Shown here piece by piece: positions 1 to 11,450 of a DNA stretch of 64,000 nt. Positions within the stretch are counted from its first letter, which is position 1. Each line of letters begins with the position of its first letter. The DNA lies in NCBI RefSeq assembly GCF_006345805.1, contig NC_043001.1:120156001-120220000 (forward strand), in the 5' to 3' direction. The notes beneath the pieces were generated by a model. The model saw only the letters and a program-made list of their open reading frames with translations. It did no database searches and had not been told where the DNA came from. Both the position numbers and the translations under genes were made by a program. The stretch comes from Octopus sinensis. Its lineage: Eukaryota.

Positions 1-364
1 AGCGAATTGATCGAAATCGAATTACAGCCATCATATATCTATGTAAGTGAACGCATGTATACATAAGTATGTGACTATGAATCTATGTATATGCATACAT
101 GTACAGATAAGTATGTTTATAAATATGTGTGCGTGTGTCTGCGCGCGCATGTGTGTGTGTGTGTGTTTGTTATCCAGACCGTTTGACAGTCGGTATTGAC
201 TTGTTTACGTCCTGTAACTTAGCGTTTCAGCAAATAGCTCGATAAAATAAGCTTCAGACTTAAAATAAGTATGATAGTTGATTTTTTTTCGATTAACTCT
301 ATAAGATGGTGCTCCGGCGTAACGGCAGTTCAATGACTTACAAACCAGTAAAAGAGCGTATACA

Positions 365-410
<46 letters not shown>

Positions 411-941
411 TGTGTGTGAGTGTGTGCGTGTGTGTACTTCTAATATAAGGACAAAATTTTAAAATGTTGTCAGTGGCCAGCATATGAAAACTGGGATCTT
501 TTCCTTTTGAACAGGAGATCGAGAAATTAATATTTTGTAACTAAACACTTTCAAACTTCGGATACTGGTAGACTGTGTCATATAAAACATCTTTTACTCT
601 TAGTGTTGTTGAGAAAAGTTTATATTTTCAAAATTATTTCGTGTTAAAGTTGTCGTATTTCGGTAATTTCAACGGCAGTAATTTTATTCACCTGAATACA
701 CGTCATTGATTGATTGGAATTACCGAAATACGACTACTAAGATCAGAAAAATGTCTTTTAAGGTGAAGATTATAAATGCAATTATAAATAAGGACAAAAA
801 GAAAAAAGTTTCTTTGCCACTATACTGAAAAATCGTCTATGCTAAATCGTCTAACCACATAAAATACTTTCACTTATATAAATCACACCACACGTGGAAA
901 CGAGGAAAGCAGGCTAACAGAAATTCATAAAAATATAGTTA

Positions 942-1005
942 TCCCCGAATCGGTTCCGATTTCTGGGTTAATCCAAAAAAGGGTTCCTCCTTCATCAGCG
1001 AGGAA
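942..1005 (-). ncRNA. Type I hammerhead ribozyme
   Basis: Minus strand UUCCUCG-CUGAUGA-A-[GG..CC]-A-GAA-AUCGG(AA)CCGAU-U-CGGGGA: stems I and III pair, core motifs correctly spaced. Confidence 0.75.
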
Positions 1006-1754
1006 CACAAAATGAAAATAAATGAAACACTTAGACACACCCAAGGAAAAGCAGACGCAAAGTTATGAATTCATTTCAGTGCCCAAAATATATCCTAATA
1101 GAAATTCTGTAGAAAGCCTCGACACAAATGTAGTCGGCCAGGACACGCACGCAAGTGTTTAACCATTCCCGAAGTGAATGAGAATAAATTAAAAAATTAT
1201 ACCAGTGGCCAGTATATGAAAAATACTTTTTAAAGGGAAAATTATAAATACAATTATAAATAATGACAAAAGAAAAAAAATTCGTTGGCAATATGTTGAA
1301 AAATAGACGCTAAATCGTTTAACCAGATAAAATATTTTCTCTTATTATTATTACAGCGCATGTCGGAACGAGAAAAGTAAGATAACAGAAATTCAAAAAT
1401 ATATAGTTTTCCTCGAATCGGTTCTGATTTCTGAATTAATCCGCGTGGTGTAATAATATAAATGAAAATATTATATGTGGTTAGACGATTTTATTCTTTT
1501 TGCCCTTATTCATAATTGCATTTTTAATTTTCACTTTAAAAGGTATTTTTCATATGCTGATCACTGATAAAATTTTTTAATAAAATTTTATCGTTATATT
1601 AGAAGTAAATTGATTTTCATTCACTTCGGGATTGCTTAATCACTTGTGTGTTTTGTCGAGACTTGCTACAGAATTTCTATTTGGATATATTGGGGCACTT
1701 AAATGTAGTCATGACTTTGCGTCTGCTTTTCCACTGTGGGTATGTCTAAGTGTT

Positions 1755-1899
1755 CAGTTCTACATTTAAGAGATGAGGAATTATGTACATTATTTACATT
1801 ATTCACATTTGACGGATATTTGTCCTTATCTTGTTAAGAGCGCGGGCTACTAACTCCAAGATTCCGAGTTCGATTCCAGGCAGTGACCTGAATAATAAA

Positions 1900-1931
<32 letters not shown>

Positions 1932-2090
1932 CAACAACAACAACAACAACATCGAAAAATACCTTAGGAATGAGATCCCAGATTCAAAATTTCCCCAAGA
2001 CACCTGATGAAGGCTGGCGGGTATATCAGCCGAAACGTTGTGTTAAAAACAAACAAGATGGGGACAAATTCCGTCAAATGAAAATAATGT
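1755..2090 (+). mobile_element. tRNA-derived SINE with internal hammerhead (copy 1), preceded by an inverted copy of its own 3' end
   Basis: Head 1833-1888 with B box GAGTTCGATTCC (1866-1877), (AAT)n(AAC)n, HHR 1999-2044; 1787-1835 is the reverse complement of the tail around 2052-2090; homologous to 34721-34963. Confidence 0.8.
1999..2044 (+). ncRNA. Minimal type I hammerhead ribozyme
   Basis: GACAC-CUGAUGA-A-GGCUG(10 nt)CAGCC-GAA-ACGU-U-GUGUU: canonical core, palindromic 4-nt stem III, stem I 5 bp. Confidence 0.85.
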
Positions 2091-2121
2091 GTCTAAATCT
2101 TTCGTTTATTTTCATTTTGTG

Positions 2122-2184
2122 TTCCTCGCTGATGAAGGAAGAATCCTTTTTGGATTAATCCAGAAATCAGAACCGATTCGGGGA
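2122..2184 (+). ncRNA. Type I hammerhead ribozyme
   Basis: UUCCUCG-CUGAUGA-A-GGA AG AAUCC(U5)GGAUU AA UCC-A-GAA-AUCAG(AA)CCGAU-U-CGGGGA. Confidence 0.75.
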
Positions 2185-2394
2185 TAACTATATTTTTATG
2201 AATTTCTGTTAGCTTGCTTTCCGCGTTTCCACACGTAGTGTAATAATATATGTGAAAATAATTTATGTGATTAGAAGATTTAGCGTCTATTTTTCAGCAT
2301 ATTGACAAAGAATTTTTTTTCTTTTTGCCTTTACTTATAATAGTATAAATCTATGTGCATGTCCATATATGTATATATGTATATGCATGCATAC

Positions 2395-2425
<31 letters not shown>

Positions 2426-3009
2426 TGTATGTATGTATGTATGTATGTATGTATGTATGTGTGTACGTATGTATTATGTATGCATGTGTGCATGCATGAA
2501 TGGGCGAATACACACACATTAACAGACAGGAGACGAAAGAGAAAGAAAGAGTTACAGTAGCGAAACAATACTCTTTCTGAAAGCGTTTACACATCGATTC
2601 CTTTCGACAATATGATTTATTGCAACTTCACGATACACAAGCAAGACTGGACAGCAATTGATTGTACGTAAAGATATTAGATTAACTTGATATGGCTTAC
2701 TAATATATTAAAAATCTTTCAACCGACCGTATTTGTCTCTTAGTCGACTGTAGCACAAATAGTAAATTAATAAGCACATTGTACGTACTTACATTTTTTC
2801 CCTGTGTTGCCGTCTTCTCTTTGTCCTATTTGTCCATCTTTATCGTCCCTCTTTTTCCGTCGTTCCTTTTACCAGTGACATTCACTGTTACTTAATCTCT
2901 CCCGCTCGTAATCTATCTCTCTATGTATCTACAAACTTTAACTTATTCTGTCTCATATAAAAACGTAAGCATTTATTATGCGCGTATCATAGGGGAGTGT
3001 GTCTGAATG

Positions 3010-3038
<29 letters not shown>

Positions 3039-3041
<3 letters not shown>

Positions 3042-3240
3042 GGGAGAGTTTACGAAAAAAACAAAAGACTAAGACATGTGGTGTACAAAACAAACAGATG
3101 CATTAGTATAACGCTCAGGAATAGAAAAATTGTTTTACGTTTCGAGCCTACGCTCTTCTACAGAAAGAGACACAGAAAAAATAAGGAGAGAAACAAGGAG
3201 AGAAAAAATGTGTGTAGTGGCTAACGATCTATCATGGCGA
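3039..3240 (-). mobile_element. Short (TA)n-associated interspersed repeat with hammerhead-like fold (family E, copy 1)
   Basis: Clearly homologous to 13172-13312 and 25681-25856; HHR-like fold at 3133-3167. Confidence 0.7.
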
Positions 3241-3259
3241 CTAGTGTATATATGTGTAT

Positions 3260-3348
<89 letters not shown>

Positions 3349-3787
3349 ATGCATGCATACATATGTATGTATGTATGTATGTATGGATGGATGGATGTTT
3401 GTATGTATGTATGGATGTATGGATGTTTGTATGTATGTACACACACATATACAAGCAGACAACCACTTATATATGTAGATGTGTAGTGTGTGTATGAATT
3501 TTTACCTACGATACGGATTCAGAAATCTTTATACGTATTAGTGTTTGATATAACTGTATTGAGAAATATCGACTGAAGAATAATTATAGTTTTAAACTCT
3601 AGAATTGGAATTGCATGAACTTTCAAATCACAAAATTTAATTTAGAAAGGGGTCGAAATTTCGAAACTTGTCCGAGTTATTTTTGCTGAAATATAACAAA
3701 AATAATAGTAGTCTTTGACTAATATTGTTTTCTTTATCGCTTCATTCATCTAATTAGATATTTTCCTCTTACTCCTGTTCCAAAGCT

Positions 3788-3970
3788 GACGTACTGGCAA
3801 AATTGTTAGCGTGCCGTACGAAATGCTTAGTGGCTTTTCTTTAAATTTCGCGGAGGTCGATTTTTCCTTCCATTCAGTCGGAATGGATAAAATATATACC
3901 AGTCAAGTACTGAAGTTGATGTAATGGACTTGACCCCTCCCCTCAAAATTGATGGCATTGGACCAAAATT
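3788..3970 (+). mobile_element. Degenerate SINE (family B)
   Basis: Similar to the better copies at 21291-21523 and 10873-11065. Confidence 0.55.
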
Positions 3971-4107
3971 ATAAAGAATTATTCCTGCATCAAAATTTGT
4001 TTGTTCCAATTCCTTGTACTCTGAGTTCAAATGTCACCGAGATCAACTTTTCTTTCATTTCAATGTCGATAAAAAAGTACTAACCGGCGGAAGTAGAATG
4101 GCCTGTG

Positions 4108-4975
4108 AACCATAGGATGAATTTGATCAGATAAAATGTTTAAATAGTCTTGACTATTAATTCTGCCATGAAGGGAAACCACTGGACCAGCGGATTTCCA
4201 AGACATACCCCCCCCCATCATCACAAATCCTCCTCCATATTTAAGAGTTGGAAGAAGGCAGTCTGGGTCAAATGCTTCTTTTGGCTGTCTCCTCGCATAT
4301 ACTCGGCCGGTAGTAGGAAATAAGGTAAAGGATGACTGGTCCGAGAAAATAACATTCTTTCACTGTTCTAGGGACCAATTCTGTAGGTTTTTACTCCACT
4401 CTAAATGCTTTGCAACGTTTTTTTTTTAAAGTAGTGGTTTTCTGATTGCAGCCCTCTCATGAAATCCGGCTTTGTGCAGCTCCCGGTGAACAGTATTTGT
4501 GAACACTAGGTTCTCGAGGTGGTCATTAATCTCTGCAGTAATTTTGGGAGCTGTACTTTTGTGGTCCTTTCTAACAATTCGTGTAAAATTCTGACGGTCC
4601 CTATCTGAAAGTTTTGGCTTTCTTCCGGAGTTTTGTTTCGACGAGGAGCTTTTTCCCTCTTTCTCAAAAGCTGACATTACTTTCGAGACAGTACTTCTTG
4701 ATACACCAAACATTTCCGGTGTTTTTGTTACGCTAGCGCCTGCCATACGAGCACCAACAATGTGAACTTTTTGAAAGTCCGATTGATCTGTCATTTTAAT
4801 GAATTTTAATTACCTTTTTCTGATGATATCTGAAAAGAAACAGCAATTTTAGCAAAACCTATTAAACAACACTAATAATAAATGAAAAAACATAAAAATA
4901 AAGAAGCTTTTGACGGTTTTATAGATATTCCAAAATTATGATGCTAGGTGCTTCCATTATTTTGTCCAACCTCTG
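4108..4975 (-). mobile_element. Tc1-family DNA transposon, left end and 5' part of transposase (disrupted, 3'-truncated)
   Basis: TIR-like end CAGAGGTTGGACAAAATAATGG at 4975; ORF 4426-4794 is a Tc1 paired HTH (SDFQKVHIVGARMAGAS...SGRKPKL...RAAIRKPLL); after a frameshift EQ*KNVIFSDQS, GGGFVM, LHGRINSQDYLNIL; ends before the second catalytic Asp. Confidence 0.92.
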
Positions 4976-5020
4976 CACACACACACAAACATATATATAT
5001 GTATATGTTTATATAAATAT

Positions 5021-5083
<63 letters not shown>

Positions 5084-5095
5084 ATATACACACAA

Positions 5096-5126
<31 letters not shown>

Positions 5127-6074
5127 CTTATGTGTCTGTACGTGTGTTCATGTCTGTGCGTGTGTACGTGTGTGCGTGTGTGCGTGCGCATGAGTGTGTG
5201 ATGTGTTCACTTCCTGGTTTCAATTTATGATCTGCTGTCTCCTCGCTCATAAGATTGCAAAAACAAGATTTGACTTCCACAACATGTCATGTATATATCA
5301 CGATACATACAACGGCAGTCTGTCAACCAGCTTATTTCATTGATGGCTTTAACATTCTCCGTGCATTCATTTCTATTTGTTATTGATATGCTGATGTTCC
5401 TTTGTACCACATATAACTTCGATGCTCTGTCTACATCATGTTCCGTGTGAAAGTTACAAAATATCGGGGGACATTCATTTCGAGTTGGTATTGATATTGC
5501 ATTTTGTCTTTGTATAACCTACCTTTTTTATCAGCTGTCACCGGGTCTTTTGCACTGAAGGTACTCGTAGAGAATGCCTGGCTCTTGAATTTGATTTGTT
5601 AGTATTTCATACAAACGTCTAGTGTGATTTATTCCATTTTTAGCTGTGTGATTTTCTTTTCAAATAACCATGAAAAACCCTCTCAGTGAATTGGTTTAAT
5701 TTTGTTGTTTTGTTTTTGCAATGGTTTTTTTTATTGTGTAAATTGAAAAAAAACCGTTTTACAACGTTCCTTGGGTATAGTCTCTGCCAATCAGAATGTT
5801 AGGAAGTTTATTAGACGTCCTCATAAAATTTTCCCTTCCATTTTCATGTTTGTAAATGTTGTTTTTCTCTTTTGAACATTGCTTATACAGTGTTACAATC
5901 CAGAGATTTTGAACGTACGTGTGTGTTTAACTATTGATTTCAAATTCTGGCACAAGGCCAGCAATATCGGGGGTGAGGTGGGAGTTAAGTCGATTACTTC
6001 GATCCCAGATTTCAATTGGTACATTGTACACAAGAACAGTTTCAAAATTAATTAATGGTCATAATTTATTAATA

Positions 6075-6179
<105 letters not shown>

Positions 6180-6799
6180 AAAACATACAGTTTGACCATG
6201 TCTTTCAGAATATAGTTCTTCATACATACAAGTCCATGCGTATGGGTAACAAATAGAAGCAATATGTACATATATATATACATACGTACAAATATACACC
6301 AATATCAATATGAGGATTATTTTCTTTTCGTCAAAGTTAAATTATACTTATATGTATATTTTTATCCATCGAATTAATATTGTTTCATAGAATATTTTTA
6401 CAGAAAATTTCAAATAATAATACATGTGTCAAGGTATGATAGATAAGCTATAATAGCCATGTTATATGTTATGTATTAATATTGTAGAGTATCAAAACTA
6501 TTGGGGGTTAGGAAGCGATTACTTTAAATCATAAGGTATATCTAATTGGTTAACAAATTTGAATTTCTACGTCTCAATTACTGTTAGTTAATAGAAGACT
6601 GAATGGTTAAGTAAATAAACCATGTTAATCACCTGTATTTACAATGTATATTCTTAAATTAACTTTTAGATATTGATCGTAAACAAAGAATTCTTACAAT
6701 AATCAATACAAGTGTAAGTTAATACATGAATAATTATCTACAAAATTTAATAAAGCATATAAAAATCCGACCATATGTTATATAAATTATATATATATA

Positions 6800-6840
<41 letters not shown>

Positions 6841-6845
<5 letters not shown>

Positions 6846-9800
6846 CCATGAAAAAAACCATAACACCAAATAACACCAACATGAAATATGTATCCTCCGA
6901 CCAAGTGGCAAACCAAAGTGGTAACTCTTTTTTACTGACTTACCTAGAAAATATGAAGGCCGACCTAAGCCAGGAGATCCAACGAGCTATCAGCAACCAC
7001 CTATGCAAATCGCAAGGACCACACACCCACTACCAACAAGTAAATCATACACACACAGCTCCATACAAGAACTACCCACATTGTTACCACTGAACAACAT
7101 AAAACATAACTTAGAACAATGCAAACATCAAACTTACCTTACCTCGACATCCTGTTAAATGTACGTGGCATCAACCCATCAATTATTGCCCAAAAATGGA
7201 AGATCCCATATATAGAGAGTTGGCTTGCCGGAACGGCACATTGCAACCCTTTCTTTATCCTTACCGAGACTCACCTGAACAACACCCATATGGACGCCGA
7301 GGTGAAAATAAAAGATTTCACCATTGTCCGTGCGGATCGCACAAACCGAAATAATGAAGGGACAGCCATCTTTATCCATGACTCCTTTTCACTTGATGCC
7401 AAGGACATATTTTCCAATGGCTACTGTGAATCGGTATCACTATTCAGCAAGGCCAAGGACATAATCATTGTTGGTCTTTACAGGCCTCCCCAAACACCTC
7501 CAAAGTGCTTTGAAGAGAGTGCCTTAGCAAAGTCAAGTCCTTCCTTCGGAAGTACCACTCCGGAAACATAGTGATGGGTGATTTTAACCTCCCTCATGTG
7601 AACTGGCCCACAAATACTCTGAAGTTAGGCAAGTGCTCTACATCAGATAGAGCAGCAGCAGAACTGCTCTTTAATCTGATGGATGAATACTTCCTGACTC
7701 AGCTAGTGCTCGAACCAGCGAGGCAGAATAAAACGATCTTGGGTCTGGTATTGAGCAATCACTCTAGCTTCGTTCACAGTATTTCAGTTGAAAAAACTCT
7801 CCTCTCAGACCACGACATGATACTCTGCAATTTTAATTCTCGACATATAAAAACCAAACCAGCCAATCCCACTCCATAGCACCCATTTGACAACATAACC
7901 TTCCACAAAGCGGACTGGGGAGCAATCAGAAAGGATCTGTCTTTCATCGACTGGTCTTTTACTCTCAATTCCACCCATATTGAGACCGCATGGCAGCACT
8001 TTGAAAACATTGTCACCTATACATGCTCTAAACACGCTCCCACGAAATCTACTAGCACAAACAGAAACCGGCTCCCTAAAAAGAAAAAAAACACTCATCA
8101 GGCGCATCAAAAGACTCAACAAAAAAGTCAACCAATTAAAATATTCCCACACACGACATCCACATTCAACAACAATGAAAAGGCTAGAGCTGGAAAAACT
8201 TCATCTGCAGACCGACATGAAAACCTCCATTGAAAATCAAAGAGCTGTGGATGAACAGTGGGTAATCAAAAACATCAAACAGAACCCAAAAGTGTTCTAT
8301 TCTTATGCAAATAAGCATAGAACCACTGTCTCACCCACTGGGCCATTGATTGATGATAACGACATTCCCCAACACGATACTAAAGAAATGGCAGAAATAC
8401 TGCAGAAACAATACTGCTCTGTCTTCAGTGTTCCCACTGATATTGACGTAAGAGAAGCGAACGAAGTTGACTCCCAACATAAAATCTCAGGCATAACCTT
8501 CACTGCCACTGACATCGTAGCAGCAATAAATGAGGTCAATTACTACTCTGCTGTAGGCCTTGATAGATTCCCCGCCAGTCTCCTGAAGGAATGTAGACAC
8601 CAACTTGCAATCCCTCTGACCAACCTCTGGAGAAATTCGTTAGACGCAGGTTATATACCGAAACAGTTTCTATCCCAGTCGGTCATCCTGGTTTTCAAAC
8701 AGGTAAACAGGTCCCTCGCAGTCAACTATCGCCCAATCTCACTCATCTCCCACATCATTAAAGTGTTTGAAAGAGTGTTAAGATCAAGGATAGCTGACTT
8801 CCTTGAGACCCACAAACTCCTAAATGCAAATCAGCACGGCTTTCGCTGTGACAGGGACTGTCTAACACAGCTCTTACACCACATTGAAGATGTACTCAAA
8901 GCCTTGGGAACAAGTTCGAACTCTGACGTCATATATCTTGACTTCAGTAAAGTGTTCCACAGGGTAGACCATAATATCCTACTCTCAAAATTGACAAATG
9001 TTGGAATCCGTGGAAAAGTTCTAAACTGGATTAAGTATTTCCTGGCGAATAGAACACAACATTTTGTAGTTGATGGAGTCCACTCAAGCTCAGCAAAAGT
9101 CACCAGCGGTGTTCCCCAGGGAACTGTTTTGGGTCTGCTACTCTTCATAATTTACATAATTTACAAACGACCTTTCCAGTGTCGTACATTACTGCAAGGT
9201 GAAAATATTTGCTGATGACACTAAGCTCCAGCAAATCGTCAATGAAGAAGCAGACCGAACTCAACTCCAGTCTTAAGAACTTTCCGGTCCAGAGAACAAG
9301 GTGTCATCGTACCACTTTTCTCCTCCTTTGTACGGCCACACCTCGAATATTGCTGCCCACTGTGGTCTCCCCATACAAGACAAAACATCTCCAGGATTGA
9401 GTCACCTCAGAGGGCACTCACTAAACGAATTGAAGGCATGGCTGCTCTCGATTATTGGGATCACCTTAAAGCCTTGAAACTTTACTCTCTCCAGCGTCGC
9501 CGTGAGCGGTACATTATTTGTACGATGTGGAGAATATACCGCCAACTTTGCCCAAACAACTTTAACATTAGCTTCAAGGTTCATCCAAGACTGGGACCAC
9601 GGGCCATACGTCCCCTGCCCAATTCAAGATCACAGCATACATGTACACTGCAACATAATTTCTTTTCCTCAACAGGCCCTGCCCTATTTAACATTTCCCG
9701 AGGGAGATCAAAGAGGAAAAGGATCCCATCAACTTTAAACGGAGTCTGGATAGATTCCTTCAAAGAATACCAGATAAGCCACCCATAATTGGATACAACT

Positions 9801-9931
9801 CACCCAACAAGAACTCACTACTTGAACAAAACTTGACTTAAACAGGATTCGAATAATCCTATCAGGTGGTGCTATTAAGTTAGACATGGCCTGCACCAAT
9901 GTTTAGTCGAAACATATCTAAGTTTTATCTA

Positions 9932-9936
<5 letters not shown>
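6841..9936 (+). mobile_element. CR1-like non-LTR retrotransposon, near-complete ORF2 (APE + RT), frameshifted
   Basis: APE motifs LNVRGI, TETHL, YRPP, GDFN, SDH; RT motifs NYRPISL, NQHGFR, YLDFSK, GVPQGTVLG, FADDTKL; short tandem 3' tail (TATCTAAGTT)x2. Confidence 0.93.
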
Positions 9937-9983
<47 letters not shown>

Positions 9984-10122
9984 ATATATATATATATGTA
10001 TATATATATAATATATATATATATAACTATGCATACATAAACATAGATACACACATCACATACCATAAACGTATATCCGTTGAAATATATAGATATATAC
10101 GTAACCTCTAACTTACTTGGTG

Positions 10123-10181
<59 letters not shown>

Positions 10182-10872
10182 CGCATGCTTTTTTTTGTTT
10201 TTTGTTTTTTGTTTTTTTTCTAGTTTCAGCTCAGAGCTTTGTATTTGTATGTGCATGTGCATGATGTATATATTATGGAAGTAGACCCTTACGATGGTAG
10301 CATTTCAGAAGTAGGAATTAATATATAGAAATCTGTATCATGCTATTCGCTGATCTAAGCAAAATAAACATGAAAAGCATCATAGAAAATAAAAAACACT
10401 TCAGAAGTTAAACGTAGAAATAAATTAAGGAAAGGCAAAAACATCCAATATCGACTAAAAACATGAATGAAATGCTTCGTTTTGCAATTCTTTTAATGCA
10501 CACACGGTTGGGAGATTTAAAACATGAGAGTCGCAGTTAGTTTGATAGCAGCCATGATATTACAATCTCAGGCAGTAATGGGAAAAACTGAATATCAGCG
10601 ACATTAAGTCATGTACATTAAAAAAAGAAAATTGATTAGATGGGGCTAAAAGAATTCCAACAAAAATGTGTATACAAGTTGTATAAGATATGTAAATAAG
10701 CAACGAAGTTATGCAACAAATTTAAGAAGGTAAAAAAGCTATAATTTAACACGTATTAGACATCAAGGTAAGTTAATTCTAAAGACAAACGATTATGTTA
10801 CAAAATTATAAGTAAAACAAAACTTCACACTATAAACTTGCGTAAAATGAAAATTGTTATTGGAAGCAATCG

Positions 10873-11065
10873 GGGCGGTATGCTAGCAGGGTCGTTAACT
10901 CGCTGGGCAGAGTGCTTAGCGATATTTCGTCTGTACTTACGTTCTGAGTTCAAATTCCGCCGCGGTCGACTTTGCTTTTCAGCATTTCGGGTTGATAAAA
11001 TCAATACCAGTTGATCACATAATCGACTTATCCGCTCTCCCAAAATTGCTGACCTTGTGCCAGAA
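10873..11065 (+). mobile_element. SINE (family B)
   Basis: Shared CTGAGTTCAAATTCCGCC B-box-like motif and CCTTGTGCCA 3' end with the other copies. Confidence 0.75.
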
Positions 11066-11229
11066 TAATGCAAGGTGTATTGATTAGAGTGGTGGGTTCA
11101 CAATCATAAGATCGTATGTTTAATTGGTAGATCTGACAGTAAGTTTTGTTCTTGTGCAAGGTATTACATTTCACATTGCTCTAGTTTACTCAACCGAGAA
11201 TGATTGCCAGCCAATCATCTCCCTCACCA

Positions 11230-11260
<31 letters not shown>

Positions 11261-11321
11261 GCCTCCGTCTCTTTCTCTCACTCATTTCTTCCGCTTTCAC
11301 AGTTTTGCTGTTCCGTTGAAT

Positions 11322-11450
11322 TTGCCGGAGATTGCGGAGGTTGCCGGAGTTTGCCGTAGATTGCCGTAGATTGCCGTAGATTGCCGGAGATAGCCGGAGA
11401 TTGCACGAAAATTGCCGCAGATTGTCGGAGATTGCCGGAGATTGTCGGAG
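11322..11450. repeat. 10-bp tandem repeat (GATTGCCGGA/GATTGCCGTA)
   Basis: About 13 imperfect units read directly. Confidence 0.9.

Larger units (their letters stand above)
745..2340. mobile_element. Tandem ~468-nt hammerhead-bearing repeat (retrozyme/Penelope pLTR-like), as two back-to-back inverted blocks (minus 745-1442, plus 1443-2340)
   Basis: 760-960 repeats at 1215-1440; 1480-1754 is the reverse complement of 1020-1260; 2100-2340 is the reverse complement of 790-1025; each unit carries an HHR or HHR half. Confidence 0.75.

Noticed and set aside
5225-5600. Minus-strand exon ending AAG|GTAGGT
   Set aside because: Short open frame with a nearby upstream stop, no good acceptor and no homology
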